DNA of 64,000 bases from Patescibacteria group bacterium (GCA_041671565.1 JBAZBH010000003.1:572-64571); one strand, 5' to 3'; positions 1 to 9,325 are shown, numbered from the stretch's first letter. The notes: generated by a model not told the origin, from the sequence alone. Numbers and translations are program-made.

Positions 1-208
1 TTTGAAATACGCGGTTGAGCCTTTCACCGGCACCGAGACTTTTTGGGGCGTTTTCTCTCAGGGGTTAATAGCCGGTTTGGGTGGGCTCCTGATTTTCGTT
101 CTAGTCAGCCTAGCCTTGAAATCCGAAGAAATGTTGGATTTCGCGGCATCGCTGAAACGGCGGTTTTTGAAAAAAGAGAAGGTGGTGGAGCTGGAGGAAG
201 GAGTTTAA
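1..208 (+). CDS. C-terminal fragment of a membrane protein, 5' end outside the window
   Basis: ORF runs from the window edge; hydrophobic segment GLIAGLGGLLIFVLVSLAL; no family recognised. Confidence 0.3.
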   Translation, partial: LKYAVEPFTGTETFWGVFSQGLIAGLGGLLIFVLVSLALKSEEMLDFAASLKRRFLKKEKVVELEEGV

Positions 209-407
209 AGGAGAATTAAAAATTAATAATTAATAATTAAGAATTAAAAGACGCGGTAAAGAAGGTCGGTTAAAAAAAGCAAAAAGGTCTTGTAGGGGCG
301 GACCTATGTGTCCGCCCGGAATTAGTAAAAAGCGAGGCTTATAGTCTCGTTTTTATCGTAAATAAGCCAAAATACAGTATTTTAATGGGATAAAATAGGT
401 CAAATGG

Positions 408-436
408 TTGACAAGATTTTAGTCTTATGCTATAGT
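408..436 (+). promoter_or_regulatory. sigma70-like promoter (TTGACA-17-TATAGT)
   Basis: TTGACA at 408-413, 17-nt spacer, TATAGT at 431-436; would drive the no-ORF transcript below. Confidence 0.35.
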
Positions 437-442
437 TTAATT

Positions 443-607
443 GCTGCTAGAGAAACCCGCCATTCCTTAATCTCAGGAAAGAGGGAATTCATTCCCTCTG
501 TTCCATCCCGGAAAGAGTGCCTTGGCATCAATCCTCGCCAAATCCACAATCATTAAGGCCTCTTTCCGGGCCACCCTTCCTCTCCCGAATTGACCAGGGA
601 GTTTTTT
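443..607 (+). ncRNA. candidate small RNA with its own promoter and intrinsic terminator; function unknown
   Basis: No ORF of 60 aa or more; internal hairpin gggaattcattccc; long-range complement ccggaaagag / ctctttccgg; terminal stem CTCCC..GGGAG followed by a run of 7 T. Confidence 0.3.
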
Positions 608-610
608 TAT

Positions 611-639
611 TGAAAAAATGGGGGAAATTTGGTAAGATA
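611..639 (+). promoter_or_regulatory. candidate promoter for lepA (TTGAAA-17-TAAGAT)
   Basis: -35/-10-like hexamers with 17-nt spacing just after the upstream terminator. Confidence 0.3.
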
Positions 640-702
640 GTGGCAAGTTCTTCTCTTTGTTTTTAATTCTTTGTTCTTATTTTAACTGCTAGACATCCAT
701 TT

Positions 703-768
703 AGTATATGGTATGTGGTATATGGTATGTCGAGTTGGCGAAATACCATATACCACATACGACATACC
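703..768. repeat. palindromic repeat tatggtatatggtatgtcg family (second copy at 29753-29826)
   Basis: Imperfect inverted repeat visible in the sequence; related copy after the GT-C gene. Confidence 0.55.
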
Positions 769-776
769 TTCATTCT

Positions 777-2543
777 ATGAACTCCATCATCCGCAATTTC
801 TGCATCATCGCTCACATCGACCACGGCAAGTCAACTCTCGCCGACCGTTTTTTGGAATTGACCGGCACGGTGGAGCGCCGTAAGATGCAGGACCAGCTTC
901 TAGACCAGATGGATTTGGAGCGGGAGAGGGGCATCACCATCAAACTCCAGCCGGTGAAAATGAATTACCAGGGTTACATGCTGAATCTGATCGACACGCC
1001 GGGCCATGTGGATTTTACCTATGAAGTTTCGCGGTCACTCGCCGCGGTGGAAGGCGCCATCCTTCTCGTTGACGCGGCGCAAGGCATTCAGGCGCAGACG
1101 CTTGCTAACCTCTATCTCGCCCTAGAACAAAACCTGGCGATTATCCCGGTGATCAATAAAATTGATCTGCCGGCCGCCGATGTGCCCGCGGTCAGCCGCG
1201 AGATTATTAACCTCCTTGGCTGCCAGCCCGAGGAAATCCTCAAAGTTTCCGCTAAAACCGGCGAGGGCGTCTTGGCGGTCCTCGGCGAAGTGATCAAGAA
1301 AGTGCCGCCGCCAATAATTATTGAGAACGCGCCACTGCAGGCTTTGATTTTTGACAGCAAATTTGATGAATACCGCGGCGTTGTCGCCGATATCCGCGTC
1401 ACTGCCGGCCAAGTCAAAAAAGGCGACCGGGTGCAATACCTCGCGACCGGCGCGGTCGGCGAAGTTTTGGAAGTCGGGGTTTTCCGGCCGCAGTTAATAC
1501 CGCAAAACAGTTTGGCGGCCGGCGAAATTGGTTATCTAGTCACTGGCCTGAAAACCGTGGCGGACTGTCGCGTCGGTGACACCATCGGCGTTAGTGACAG
1601 CCAGGCTTTGCCCGGTTACCGCGAGGTGAAGCCCATGGTCTTTGCCGGCATTTTTTGTAAAGAGGGTGACGACTACGCGCAGCTGCGCGAGGCCATGGAA
1701 AAACTTAAACTGAACGATGCCGCGTTGTCTTACGAGCCGGAAAACTCGCCGGCGCTCGGTTTTGGCTTCCGTTGCGGTTTTCTTGGCATGCTGCACTTAG
1801 ACATTGTCCAAGAGCGCTTGCGGCGGGAATATGATCTCAGCCTGATTATTACTGTGCCGTCGGTTGCTTACCGCTTATTTAAAACCAATGGGCAGGAGTC
1901 GATTATCAAAAGCCCGCAGGAGCTGCCCGACGGTTCGGCAATCGAGCGGGTAGAGGAGCCGCTGATGAAAGTCGATCTGGTGGCGCCAAAGACTTATTTG
2001 GGCGGGATTATGGAAATTGCCCAGCAAAAACGGGGCGTCTATCTGAACACCGAGTTTCTGGACGACAAAATCGCCATTCTCCATTATCAGATGCCGCTCG
2101 CTTCCTTGATTATTGATTTTTATGATAAACTAAAGAGCGTCTCGCAGGGTTATGCCTCGCTTAATTATGAATTCGCCGGTTATCAAGAGGCGGCGGTGTC
2201 GCGGCTGGATATCTTAGTCGGCGGGGACAAAGTTGAGGCGCTTTCCACCATTGTTTACCGCGACGAGGCTTACGCGGTGGGCAAAAAGATCGCCAAAGAA
2301 CTGAAAGAAGTCTTGCCGCGGCAGATGTTTGAGATTAAACTGCAGGCGGCGATTGGCGGCACGGTGATCGCCAGTGAAAGGATCGCGGCGATGCGTAAAG
2401 ATGTGACGGCGAAACTTTACGGCGGCGATGTGACGCGCAAACGGAAGCTCCTGGAAAAGCAGAAAAAAGGCAAGAAAAAGATGCGGACGATGGGCAAGGT
2501 GGATATCCCGCCGGAGGCGTTTATGGCAGTACTTAAAAGATAG
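777..2543 (+). CDS. lepA: elongation factor 4 (LepA)
   Basis: N-terminal NFCIIAHIDHGKSTLADR, DTPGHVDF and NKID G-motifs, characteristic LepA C-terminal region; start placed at the internal Met at 777 to avoid the palindrome-derived extension. Confidence 0.9.
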   Translation: MNSIIRNFCIIAHIDHGKSTLADRFLELTGTVERRKMQDQLLDQMDLERERGITIKLQPVKMNYQGYMLNLIDTPGHVDFTYEVSRSLAAVEGAILLVDAAQGIQAQTLANLYLALEQNLAIIPVINKIDLPAADVPAVSREIINLLGCQPEEILKVSAKTGEGVLAVLGEVIKKVPPPIIIENAPLQALIFDSKFDEYRGVVADIRVTAGQVKKGDRVQYLATGAVGEVLEVGVFRPQLIPQNSLAAGEIGYLVTGLKTVADCRVGDTIGVSDSQALPGYREVKPMVFAGIFCKEGDDYAQLREAMEKLKLNDAALSYEPENSPALGFGFRCGFLGMLHLDIVQERLRREYDLSLIITVPSVAYRLFKTNGQESIIKSPQELPDGSAIERVEEPLMKVDLVAPKTYLGGIMEIAQQKRGVYLNTEFLDDKIAILHYQMPLASLIIDFYDKLKSVSQGYASLNYEFAGYQEAAVSRLDILVGGDKVEALSTIVYRDEAYAVGKKIAKELKEVLPRQMFEIKLQAAIGGTVIASERIAAMRKDVTAKLYGGDVTRKRKLLEKQKKGKKKMRTMGKVDIPPEAFMAVLKR

Positions 2544-2650
2544 TTGAAAGTTATAAAGTTATAAAGTTGAAAGTTTAAAAAGGGATAAAGGGTTAAAAGC
2601 AGCGAAGTAACGAGGCCTTTGGCCTCGTTGGTTGAATGGTTAATGAGGAA

Positions 2651-2678
2651 TAAAAAAATCCCGCCGGTGGACGGCGGG
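2651..2678 (-). terminator. intrinsic terminator hairpin cccgccg-gtgga-cggcggg for the minus-strand gene 2712-3050
   Basis: GC hairpin plus an A-run on the plus strand, which is a T-run on the minus strand; near-identical copy at 3134-3171. Confidence 0.45.
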
Positions 2679-2711
2679 TTGAAGAATCGGCTGAATGTGA
2701 TGTGAGTAGGT

Positions 2712-3050
2712 TTATATCCCCTCGGACATCGGTACGGCGCCATCGCTCAGTCGTTCGCGGGCCCAAGGCCGGCCCGCCTGGTCCCAAAATTTACGGACCA
2801 GCTCGGCTTGCGCGATTGTTATGTTGGGCGAGCAGAGAATAGCGAGCAAGAGGATCTCCACCGGGGTGGCGGGAAAAAGTTTTTCCGAAACACTCATGCC
2901 CTTTACATTCTCAACGAGAGCCAAGGTGATCAGTGTTCGCTGATCATCGGGACCGTGGCGGTCGCAAGCTGCCGTTATTTCTTCTTCAGTCGGGCGGAAT
3001 TTTAACGGCAGATCCGCCAACATGGCATGGACTTGGTTCGAACTCGGCAT
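2712..3050 (-). CDS. hypothetical protein, tandem paralog A
   Basis: 112-aa ORF; shares an identical ~65-nt 5' flanking block with the next gene. Confidence 0.45.
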   Translation of the reverse strand: MPSSNQVHAMLADLPLKFRPTEEEITAACDRHGPDDQRTLITLALVENVKGMSVSEKLFPATPVEILLLAILCSPNITIAQAELVRKFWDQAGRPWARERLSDGAVPMSEGI

Positions 3051-3112
3051 TTGGATCTCCTCCCGGGTTGGTTGTGTGCTAGTATTTAAGTCTATTTTTA
3101 AAATAATGTCAA
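3040..3112. repeat. duplicated 5'-flank or promoter block ggttgtgtgctagtatttaagtctatttttaaaataatgtcaag (copy 1)
   Basis: Near-identical copy at 3711-3775, each immediately upstream (minus strand) of one of the two paralogous genes. Confidence 0.6.
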
Positions 3113-3133
3113 GCGGTGGTAAGTTGGTTTTAG

Positions 3134-3171
3134 TTGTTTTTTTAAAAAAACCCCGCCGGTGGACGGCGGGA
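3134..3171. terminator. hairpin terminator cccgccggtggacggcggg, possibly bidirectional
   Basis: Same GC hairpin as 2659-2677, flanked by a T-run upstream and an A-run. Confidence 0.4.
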
Positions 3172-3200
3172 AAGATTGGGTGGAAGAAAGCGGATGATGG

Positions 3201-3710
3201 TCAGTCGGGGCGGCGGTCGGCAATCCAGGGGCTGAAGACTTCCGCCATGAATTTCATAGAAATTGCGAGTTGTTCGTTTGTCAATATACTCTGCCAGGCA
3301 AGAGTATAAATGACACCGAAGATGAGACCGAGTAATTGAGGGAAGTCCATCACTTGGTCGGATTTGTTCTGTGAATCCTGTTTGGTTGTCGGCAGGTGTT
3401 TTATATGACTATACCAAGCCCGGCCGACTTTGTTCAGAAATTCATTGGCAACGGCGCCTTGTTCGGGTGTCAGTTTGTGCCAACAGGCGATGGCGAATAA
3501 GATCACTTCTACGGGGTTGGTTTGTGCGTCATCATCCAACGCATGTATTCCGATGGCGTCTTCACTGCAATAAAGGAAGAGCCTGACTCGCGGGTCGTCG
3601 ATAGAGCCGAGATCATTTACTGCCGTTATTTCGGCGCTCGTCGGTTGACAAAACGGTGGCAAATCTTTCAGTTGGAAATGAGTTGGTATCTCGTACATTT
3701 GGGCCTCCAA
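3201..3710 (-). CDS. hypothetical protein, tandem paralog B
   Basis: 169-aa ORF; same 5' block as paralog A at 3711-3775. Confidence 0.45.
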   Translation of the reverse strand: MEAQMYEIPTHFQLKDLPPFCQPTSAEITAVNDLGSIDDPRVRLFLYCSEDAIGIHALDDDAQTNPVEVILFAIACWHKLTPEQGAVANEFLNKVGRAWYSHIKHLPTTKQDSQNKSDQVMDFPQLLGLIFGVIYTLAWQSILTNEQLAISMKFMAEVFSPWIADRRPD

Positions 3711-3890
3711 TGGTTGTGTGCTAGTATTTAAGTCTATTTTTAAAATAATGTCAAGTGATGGTTACTAATTTTAATTCTATAATATGCATACCAAAGCCAA
3801 AAGAAAAATCATGAAAACCGTCTGGCTGGTGATTAATATCCTGGTGGTGGTTAGTATGGTTGCTTGGACCATGAGTTTTGCATTTTAATT

Positions 3891-3920
3891 TGTAGGGGCA
3901 ATTCATGAATTGCCCCTACC
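3891..3920. repeat. palindrome gtaggggcaattcatgaattgcccctac (family also at 18078-18103 and 24319-24345)
   Basis: Perfect hairpin; three copies in the window, each in an intergenic leader. Confidence 0.6.
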
Positions 3921-3931
3921 GTGGTTATACT

Positions 3932-5725
3932 ATGTCCAAAGTTTGGCAAATCCTGCCGCCCGCGCCGGCGGAGTTTAAAGAGAAATTTCCGGAACAAAAC
4001 CCGGTGGTTTTGCAGTTGTTGTATAACCGCGGGCTGGACACCCAAGGCAAAATCGACGAGTTTTTTAACCCGGACTACGAGACGGATATTCATGATCCGT
4101 TTATTTTCCAGGATATGCAGAAGGCGGTTGACCGGATTTTCCAAGCCGTGGAAAAGGGCGAGAAAATTGTGGTTCATGGCGACTACGACGCTGACGGCGT
4201 CAGCAGTTCAGCTCTAATGATGACGGTTTTAGGCCGGCTGATTGAGGTTTTCGGAGAGAAAGATAGGTTAAACGAGCTATTGAGTATTTATATCCCGCAC
4301 CGGGAAAAAGAAGGTTATGGCCTGAAATTGCCGACAGTTGAGAAGTTGGCAAAAGACAAGGTTAATCTTCTGATTACCGTGGACTGCGGCGTCGCTAACG
4401 CGGCCGAAGTGGTGGCGGCGACCGCGGCCGGGATTGAAGTGATTATCACCGACCACCACCAAGAGCCGCTAATTTTGCCAAAAGCTTTTGCTATTATCAA
4501 TCCGCAGTTAGCTCGCGAGAAATATCCGTTCCGGCCGCTCGCCGGTGTCGGGGTGGCGTTTAAAGTGGCGCAAGCGCTGGCCCGCGAAGCTGAGAAAAGA
4601 AAGCCGGAGGAAAATTGGGAAGGGTTTGTTAAGTGGTTACTCGACTTGGTGGCAATCGGCACGGTCGCTGATGTCATGCCGCTCCTTGGCGAGAATCGGA
4701 CGCTGGTTAAATACGGCCTGGTGGTTTTAAATAAAACGCCGCGTCTCGGCCTGCAGGCCTTGCTCTTCAAGGCCGGCATCAACGGCAACGGCAAGATGTC
4801 AGGTGCCGCGCGCGACGCTTTGCCTAAAAAAGGGCTAAACGCTTATTCCATCGCTTTTCAGATCGCGCCTCGGCTCAATGCCGCCGGCCGGATGGAGCAC
4901 GCCAACACCGCTTACGGCCTCTTGATGGCGACGGATATGGAGACCGCCGAACAACTCTCCGACCAAATTCAAGAAAGCAATGTGGCGCGTCAGAGTCTGA
5001 CCGAGACGATTGTGGAACAAGCGCAAGCTGAGTTTAGCCGCCAAGCCGCCGCCGGCCAAAAGCTCTTGATGGTTTTGGGTGAGGGCTGGCCGACCGGCAT
5101 TCTTGGTTTAGTCTCCGGCAAGTTGACGGACAAGTTTTGCCGGCCGTCGATTGTGGCTTCGGTTTTTGACGGTAAGGTGGTGGCGTCGGGCCGTTCAGTC
5201 GCCGAATTCAATATCTTCCGGGCGCTCCAGAAAGTCGATAAATATTTTGCCAATTACGGCGGCCATCCGGCGGCTTGCGGTTTTACGCTGAAAAATAACG
5301 CCGACTTTTCGGCTTTGCAGGCGGAACTGCAGGCGCTGGCCGCCACCGAACTTAAAACCGCTGATCTCAGTCCGGTTTTGGAGATCGCCGCGGCGGTTAA
5401 ACTCGACGAAATCAGCTGGGGCCTACTCGACGAACTGGAAAAAATGGAACCGTTCGGCGAGGAAAACCCGCGGCCGGTTTTAGCGGTTACCGGCGTGACC
5501 GTCAGCGGGGTGGAGAAAATGGGCCGTGACGGCGCGCATTTGAAAATTCTCGTTAAGCAAGACAACGGCCTGGTCCGCAAACTCATCGGCTTTAGCCTGA
5601 CCAACGGTTTTGGCAATTTACAGCCAGGTGCTAAAATAGATGTGGCGGTGGAGGTGGGGGTAAATGAGTGGAACGGGAATAGGGAACTGCAGTTGAAGAT
5701 AGTGGATATGAAGGTGAGTAGTTAG
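3932..5725 (+). CDS. recJ: single-stranded-DNA-specific exonuclease RecJ
   Basis: DHH motif VVHGDYDADGVSS, DHH/DHHA1 architecture, length about 600 aa; start moved to the Met at 3932, outside the palindrome. Confidence 0.85.
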   Translation: MSKVWQILPPAPAEFKEKFPEQNPVVLQLLYNRGLDTQGKIDEFFNPDYETDIHDPFIFQDMQKAVDRIFQAVEKGEKIVVHGDYDADGVSSSALMMTVLGRLIEVFGEKDRLNELLSIYIPHREKEGYGLKLPTVEKLAKDKVNLLITVDCGVANAAEVVAATAAGIEVIITDHHQEPLILPKAFAIINPQLAREKYPFRPLAGVGVAFKVAQALAREAEKRKPEENWEGFVKWLLDLVAIGTVADVMPLLGENRTLVKYGLVVLNKTPRLGLQALLFKAGINGNGKMSGAARDALPKKGLNAYSIAFQIAPRLNAAGRMEHANTAYGLLMATDMETAEQLSDQIQESNVARQSLTETIVEQAQAEFSRQAAAGQKLLMVLGEGWPTGILGLVSGKLTDKFCRPSIVASVFDGKVVASGRSVAEFNIFRALQKVDKYFANYGGHPAACGFTLKNNADFSALQAELQALAATELKTADLSPVLEIAAAVKLDEISWGLLDELEKMEPFGEENPRPVLAVTGVTVSGVEKMGRDGAHLKILVKQDNGLVRKLIGFSLTNGFGNLQPGAKIDVAVEVGVNEWNGNRELQLKIVDMKVSS

Positions 5726-5740
5726 TAGGCGGAGTTTTAA

Positions 5741-5875
5741 CCAATAACCGCGGTTAAAATGACAAAATCCAAATGACAAATGACAAATCAATACCAAATG
5801 CCAAAAGTCGGTTATTGGATATTGGTCATTTAGTCCGCCAACCGGCGGATGGACATTTGAGCTTTGGCATTTATT
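5741..5875. repeat. intergenic palindromic repeat, ccaatgacc / tggtcattgg family
   Basis: Related copies at 39645-39772 and 43219-43355; contains a gtccgccaaccggcggatggac hairpin. Confidence 0.5.
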
Positions 5876-5894
5876 TATTCTTAATTCTAAAAAT

Positions 5895-6278
5895 ATGAGC
5901 GAAAACGGCGAAAAGAACGGCATAGTTCTTCCATTTCCTAAAAAAGATCAGTCACTTCAAGAAAATGTTGACAGTCAGCAAAGACTTTTAAATAACCAAG
6001 CTTTTTATGTTAGGGTGGAGGAAAAAATTACGAAAGGCGACTATCAATTTTTTGAAAAAATCGATCAATTGCCGGCTGACGCGGAACAGCTTGGACAACA
6101 TGAAAGGTGGTTTTTTGGCAATATTAAGAATAGAAGCAAGGGTGAATTTGATTTATTTCGTTATAGCGGTTTATCTTGGGAAGAATTGGAGAAATTGGAG
6201 GCAGAATTAGCCGCTAGAGAAAAAGAAGTAAAGGTAGTAGAAATTGATTTTAAGAATAAAGGTGAAGCCAATGAATAA
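5895..6278 (+). CDS. hypothetical protein (AT-rich, charged)
   Basis: 127-aa ORF; no recognisable motif. Confidence 0.35.
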   Translation: MSENGEKNGIVLPFPKKDQSLQENVDSQQRLLNNQAFYVRVEEKITKGDYQFFEKIDQLPADAEQLGQHERWFFGNIKNRSKGEFDLFRYSGLSWEELEKLEAELAAREKEVKVVEIDFKNKGEANE

Positions 6279-6690
6279 AAAACTCATCATCTACACCGAC
6301 GGCGGGGCGCGCGGCAATCCGGGGCCGAGCGGCATTGGCGTGGTGATTTATGACGCCCATAAAAAGCCGGTCAAGGAATTCGGCCGGTATATCGGCGAAG
6401 GGACAAATAATCAGGCGGAGTATCAGGCGGTGATTGACGCGCTCGCCGCGGCCGAGAAACTGGGCGCCGAGGAGATTGATTTTTATCTGGACAGTGAGCT
6501 GGTGGTGATGCAACTCCGCGGCGAGTATAAAGTCAAAAACAAGGATCTCGGCTCGCTCTTTGTTAAAGTTTATAATTTAACCGGTAAATTTAAGAAAATC
6601 ACTTACCGCCACATCCGCCGCGAGGAGAACCGCGCGGCCGACCGGCTGGTCAATCAGGCCTTGGACGCGGCGATGACTTCGGGGAAGTAG
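6271..6690 (+). CDS. rnhA: ribonuclease HI
   Basis: IYTDGGARGNPGPSG and NNQAEYQAVIDAL catalytic motifs. Confidence 0.85.
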   Translation: MNKKLIIYTDGGARGNPGPSGIGVVIYDAHKKPVKEFGRYIGEGTNNQAEYQAVIDALAAAEKLGAEEIDFYLDSELVVMQLRGEYKVKNKDLGSLFVKVYNLTGKFKKITYRHIRREENRAADRLVNQALDAAMTSGK

Positions 6691-6724
6691 TCAATTTAGT
6701 CGAAATATTTATCAAAATTATTAA

Positions 6725-7468
6725 TTGTTAATGGATCTATTATTTATCAGTCTATTGGGTCTAGTGATGGGAATAGTAACCTCCATTTCTGGCGGGGCCG
6801 GAGTTTTTGCTGTTCCGACGATGCTGGCTTTTGGCATCCCACCCATTAATGTTTTAGCCCTTAATCGAACTTCTGATGTTGGGGTTGTGCTTGGGGCTTT
6901 AAAAAATTATCATCGCTCCAAAAACATCCAATGGCGGCTCGGTTTAATCGCCGCTTTGCCGATGGGGGTTGGGTCTTTTCTGGGTTCAAATTTTGTCGTC
7001 AATATATCGGAAAGATTTTTGAATTATATAATTTTATTGGGTGTGGTTGTGGGCATATTTTTTCTGCTAAAGCCGATAAAGCCATCCGAGAATTCTGAGA
7101 AGAAATCATTTAGTGTTTTAGGTTTATTTTTTCTGCTGTTGGTGGGATTCTGGAGTGGCGCTCTGGGAATGGCCGGAGCAACCTTTGCAGTGCTGGTATT
7201 AGTTTATTTCTTTAAACTATCTTTTCTTGAGGCGCGAAGCACTCATATCGCGGCGGCGATCCCAGAAACACTTATCTCGACGGCGGTTCTTTATCTAGGA
7301 TCAACGGTTTCCATTATTTTAATGCTGGTTATGTTTATTTCTAGCTTTGTTGGCGCTTGGATTGGCTCTCATCTGGCAGTCAAACACGGTAGTAGCTTCA
7401 TTAAAAGGGCCATGGTTGGCATTGCTATAATTATGATGATTAAGGTCGTTGTTAATTTATTGGCATAG
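6725..7468 (+). CDS. integral membrane protein, TauE/SafE (TSUP)-like
   Basis: 247 aa, about 8 hydrophobic helices, two-fold internal repeat with Gly-rich helices. Confidence 0.45.
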   Translation: MLMDLLFISLLGLVMGIVTSISGGAGVFAVPTMLAFGIPPINVLALNRTSDVGVVLGALKNYHRSKNIQWRLGLIAALPMGVGSFLGSNFVVNISERFLNYIILLGVVVGIFFLLKPIKPSENSEKKSFSVLGLFFLLLVGFWSGALGMAGATFAVLVLVYFFKLSFLEARSTHIAAAIPETLISTAVLYLGSTVSIILMLVMFISSFVGAWIGSHLAVKHGSSFIKRAMVGIAIIMMIKVVVNLLA

Positions 7469-7525
7469 AAAGGCGAATAGTCATTTGGCTAAACGGCGGT
7501 TTTTTTGGTATAATAAAAAGGCTTT

Positions 7526-8587
7526 ATGGGACTATTAACTAAAGAAACCAATTGCCTGGGGATTGATTTGGGGAGCCATAATGTTAAGGTGGTGGAACTC
7601 AAAAAAGAGGGCGGGCGGCCGAAGTTGGTCACCTATGGCTTTTCTGACCGGCAGATTGGCGAGAATGAACCAGAGTTGATTAGCGATTTGCCTGCCTGCG
7701 CCAGCGTGATTAACGAGATTTGCCGCGCCGCGGGCGCGACGACTCGGCGGGCGGTGTTCGCCTTGCCTTCCGCCGCGGTTTTTAGTTCGGTGATCACTTT
7801 GTCTGGTTTAGACAAAGCTTCGGGTACTGAGATTGACGCCGCGGTCCGCCATGAAGCCGCTAAAGTCATTCCTTTGCCTTTAGAGCAAACAACTTTGCAT
7901 TATTATCCGATCAACACCGGTACGCCGATTCCGCCGAACGGTCACGGCCAGACCAAAAATTATCTTTTGACCGCTGCGCCGCGGGAGCTGGTGGCTAAGT
8001 ATTTGGAGCTGATTAAACTCTGCCGGTTAGTCAATGTCGGGCTGGAGACCCAAAGCTTTGCCTTGATTCGTTCCTTGGTTGGCGCGGATAAAAGCGCGGT
8101 CATGCTTCTCGATATCGGCGAAGTTTCCTCCGGGCTAGTAATTGTCAAAGACGGCATCCCGATTTTTAAACGCAATTTGGATTTGGGCGGCCACGATTTT
8201 ACCAGAGTGTTCCAGACCACTTTGAAAGTTGATTGGGCGGCGGCCGAGCAGTTCAAGCGCGATTTAACCAGTTTGCCTGAGCTACAGACTTCAGCGCCGG
8301 TAAGGGGGCTCTTAGAAAACCTGGCTAAAGAAATTAACTACTGTTTTAAGCTTTACTTTGATAAAAACGGCGCCACGGGTGAGAAGATCGAGAAGATTAT
8401 TTTAACCGGCGGCGAAGCGGTCTTGCCTCAATTAGACAGCTATTTGTCAGAAATGCTGAAAATTCGGGTGTTTGTTGGTGATCCCTGGGCGCGCCTCCTC
8501 ACGCCGGCAGAATTGCGGCCGGTTTTGGACCGGGTTGGCCCGAAAATGGCCGCGGCGGTAGGACTGGCGCTTAGAGAAATGGACTAG
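7526..8587 (+). CDS. pilM: type IV pilus assembly protein PilM (actin-like ATPase fold)
   Basis: N-terminal GIDLGSHNVKVVEL, FtsA/PilM-like layout, adjacent to pilin and prepilin peptidase. Confidence 0.7.
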   Translation: MGLLTKETNCLGIDLGSHNVKVVELKKEGGRPKLVTYGFSDRQIGENEPELISDLPACASVINEICRAAGATTRRAVFALPSAAVFSSVITLSGLDKASGTEIDAAVRHEAAKVIPLPLEQTTLHYYPINTGTPIPPNGHGQTKNYLLTAAPRELVAKYLELIKLCRLVNVGLETQSFALIRSLVGADKSAVMLLDIGEVSSGLVIVKDGIPIFKRNLDLGGHDFTRVFQTTLKVDWAAAEQFKRDLTSLPELQTSAPVRGLLENLAKEINYCFKLYFDKNGATGEKIEKIILTGGEAVLPQLDSYLSEMLKIRVFVGDPWARLLTPAELRPVLDRVGPKMAAAVGLALREMD

Positions 8588-8621
8588 TTCAATTAATCGG
8601 GTTGATAATTTTCAATGGTTG

Positions 8622-8687
8622 TGTTAGCCGTCTGGTTGGAAGCGATGCGAATGCTACAAATTACATGCGAATGCTGCGAATAATTCG
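8622..8687 (+). promoter_or_regulatory. conserved ~60-nt upstream element (copy 1 of 3) ctggttggaagcgatgcgaatgctacaaattacatgcgaat...cgaataatt
   Basis: About 85-90% identical copies at 10744-10806 and 22921-22980, each upstream of a +strand gene. Confidence 0.45.
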
Positions 8688-8812
8688 TTGCATTCGCATG
8701 TCATTCGCAGATTAGTATCGCCTCCAGCCGGATGGATAAGTTGAATCCCGCGAATTGTTGGCAAATTTCATTAAACAATTAAAATTGGCATAAAAAATAA
8801 TTTTTAATATCT

Positions 8813-9238
8813 ATGGCAAAAGACAACAATCAAGGCACGATTTTACTGGTGGAGGACGACACTTTTTTGGCAGGGATGTATAAAACCAAGTTTGAGATGG
8901 AAGGCTTCACGATTATCACTGCTGAAGACGGGTTGAAGGGCTTTCAGCTGGCTAAAGAAAAAAAGCCGGATATTATCCTTTTGGACATACTCCTGCCTAA
9001 AATGGACGGTTTTGAAGTGCTGGAAAAAGTCCGCGCCAGCAAAGACACCAAAGACATTCCGGTGATCATGTTGACGAATTTGGGCCAAAAAGAAGATGTT
9101 AAAAAAGGCTTGGAGCGGGGCGCCAACGGTTATTTGATCAAGGCCCACTTTATGCCCTCGGAAGTGGTGGAAAAGGTGAAAATGGTGCTGAAAAACTCCG
9201 GCCAGCCGGTAGCCGAAGACCAAGCGGATTTAAAATAA
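8813..9238 (+). CDS. response regulator receiver domain protein (CheY-like, stand-alone)
   Basis: LLVEDD, phosphoacceptor Asp in ILLDILLP, and a conserved Lys region. Confidence 0.8.
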   Translation: MAKDNNQGTILLVEDDTFLAGMYKTKFEMEGFTIITAEDGLKGFQLAKEKKPDIILLDILLPKMDGFEVLEKVRASKDTKDIPVIMLTNLGQKEDVKKGLERGANGYLIKAHFMPSEVVEKVKMVLKNSGQPVAEDQADLK

Positions 9239-9325
9239 AATAAAAAATTATTCCATTTTAGCCCAATTTTTCCTTTAGCCCGGTTTTAGCGGGTTGAGCG
9301 AAAGATGGGCGAATGGCTAAAAACC

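Noticed and set aside
708-776. The N-terminal extension of lepA from the ORF-track start at 708
   Set aside because: The extension is read through the tatggtatatggtatgtcg palindrome and has no homology. The canonical LepA N-terminus begins at the Met at 777.
1112-2084. Multiple minus-strand ORFs inside lepA, and similar antisense ORFs inside recJ, ligA, gatA, dnaG, rpoD, clpC and others
   Set aside because: They are fully nested antisense to well-supported housekeeping genes, with no motifs. They are typical spurious ORFs in GC-moderate DNA.
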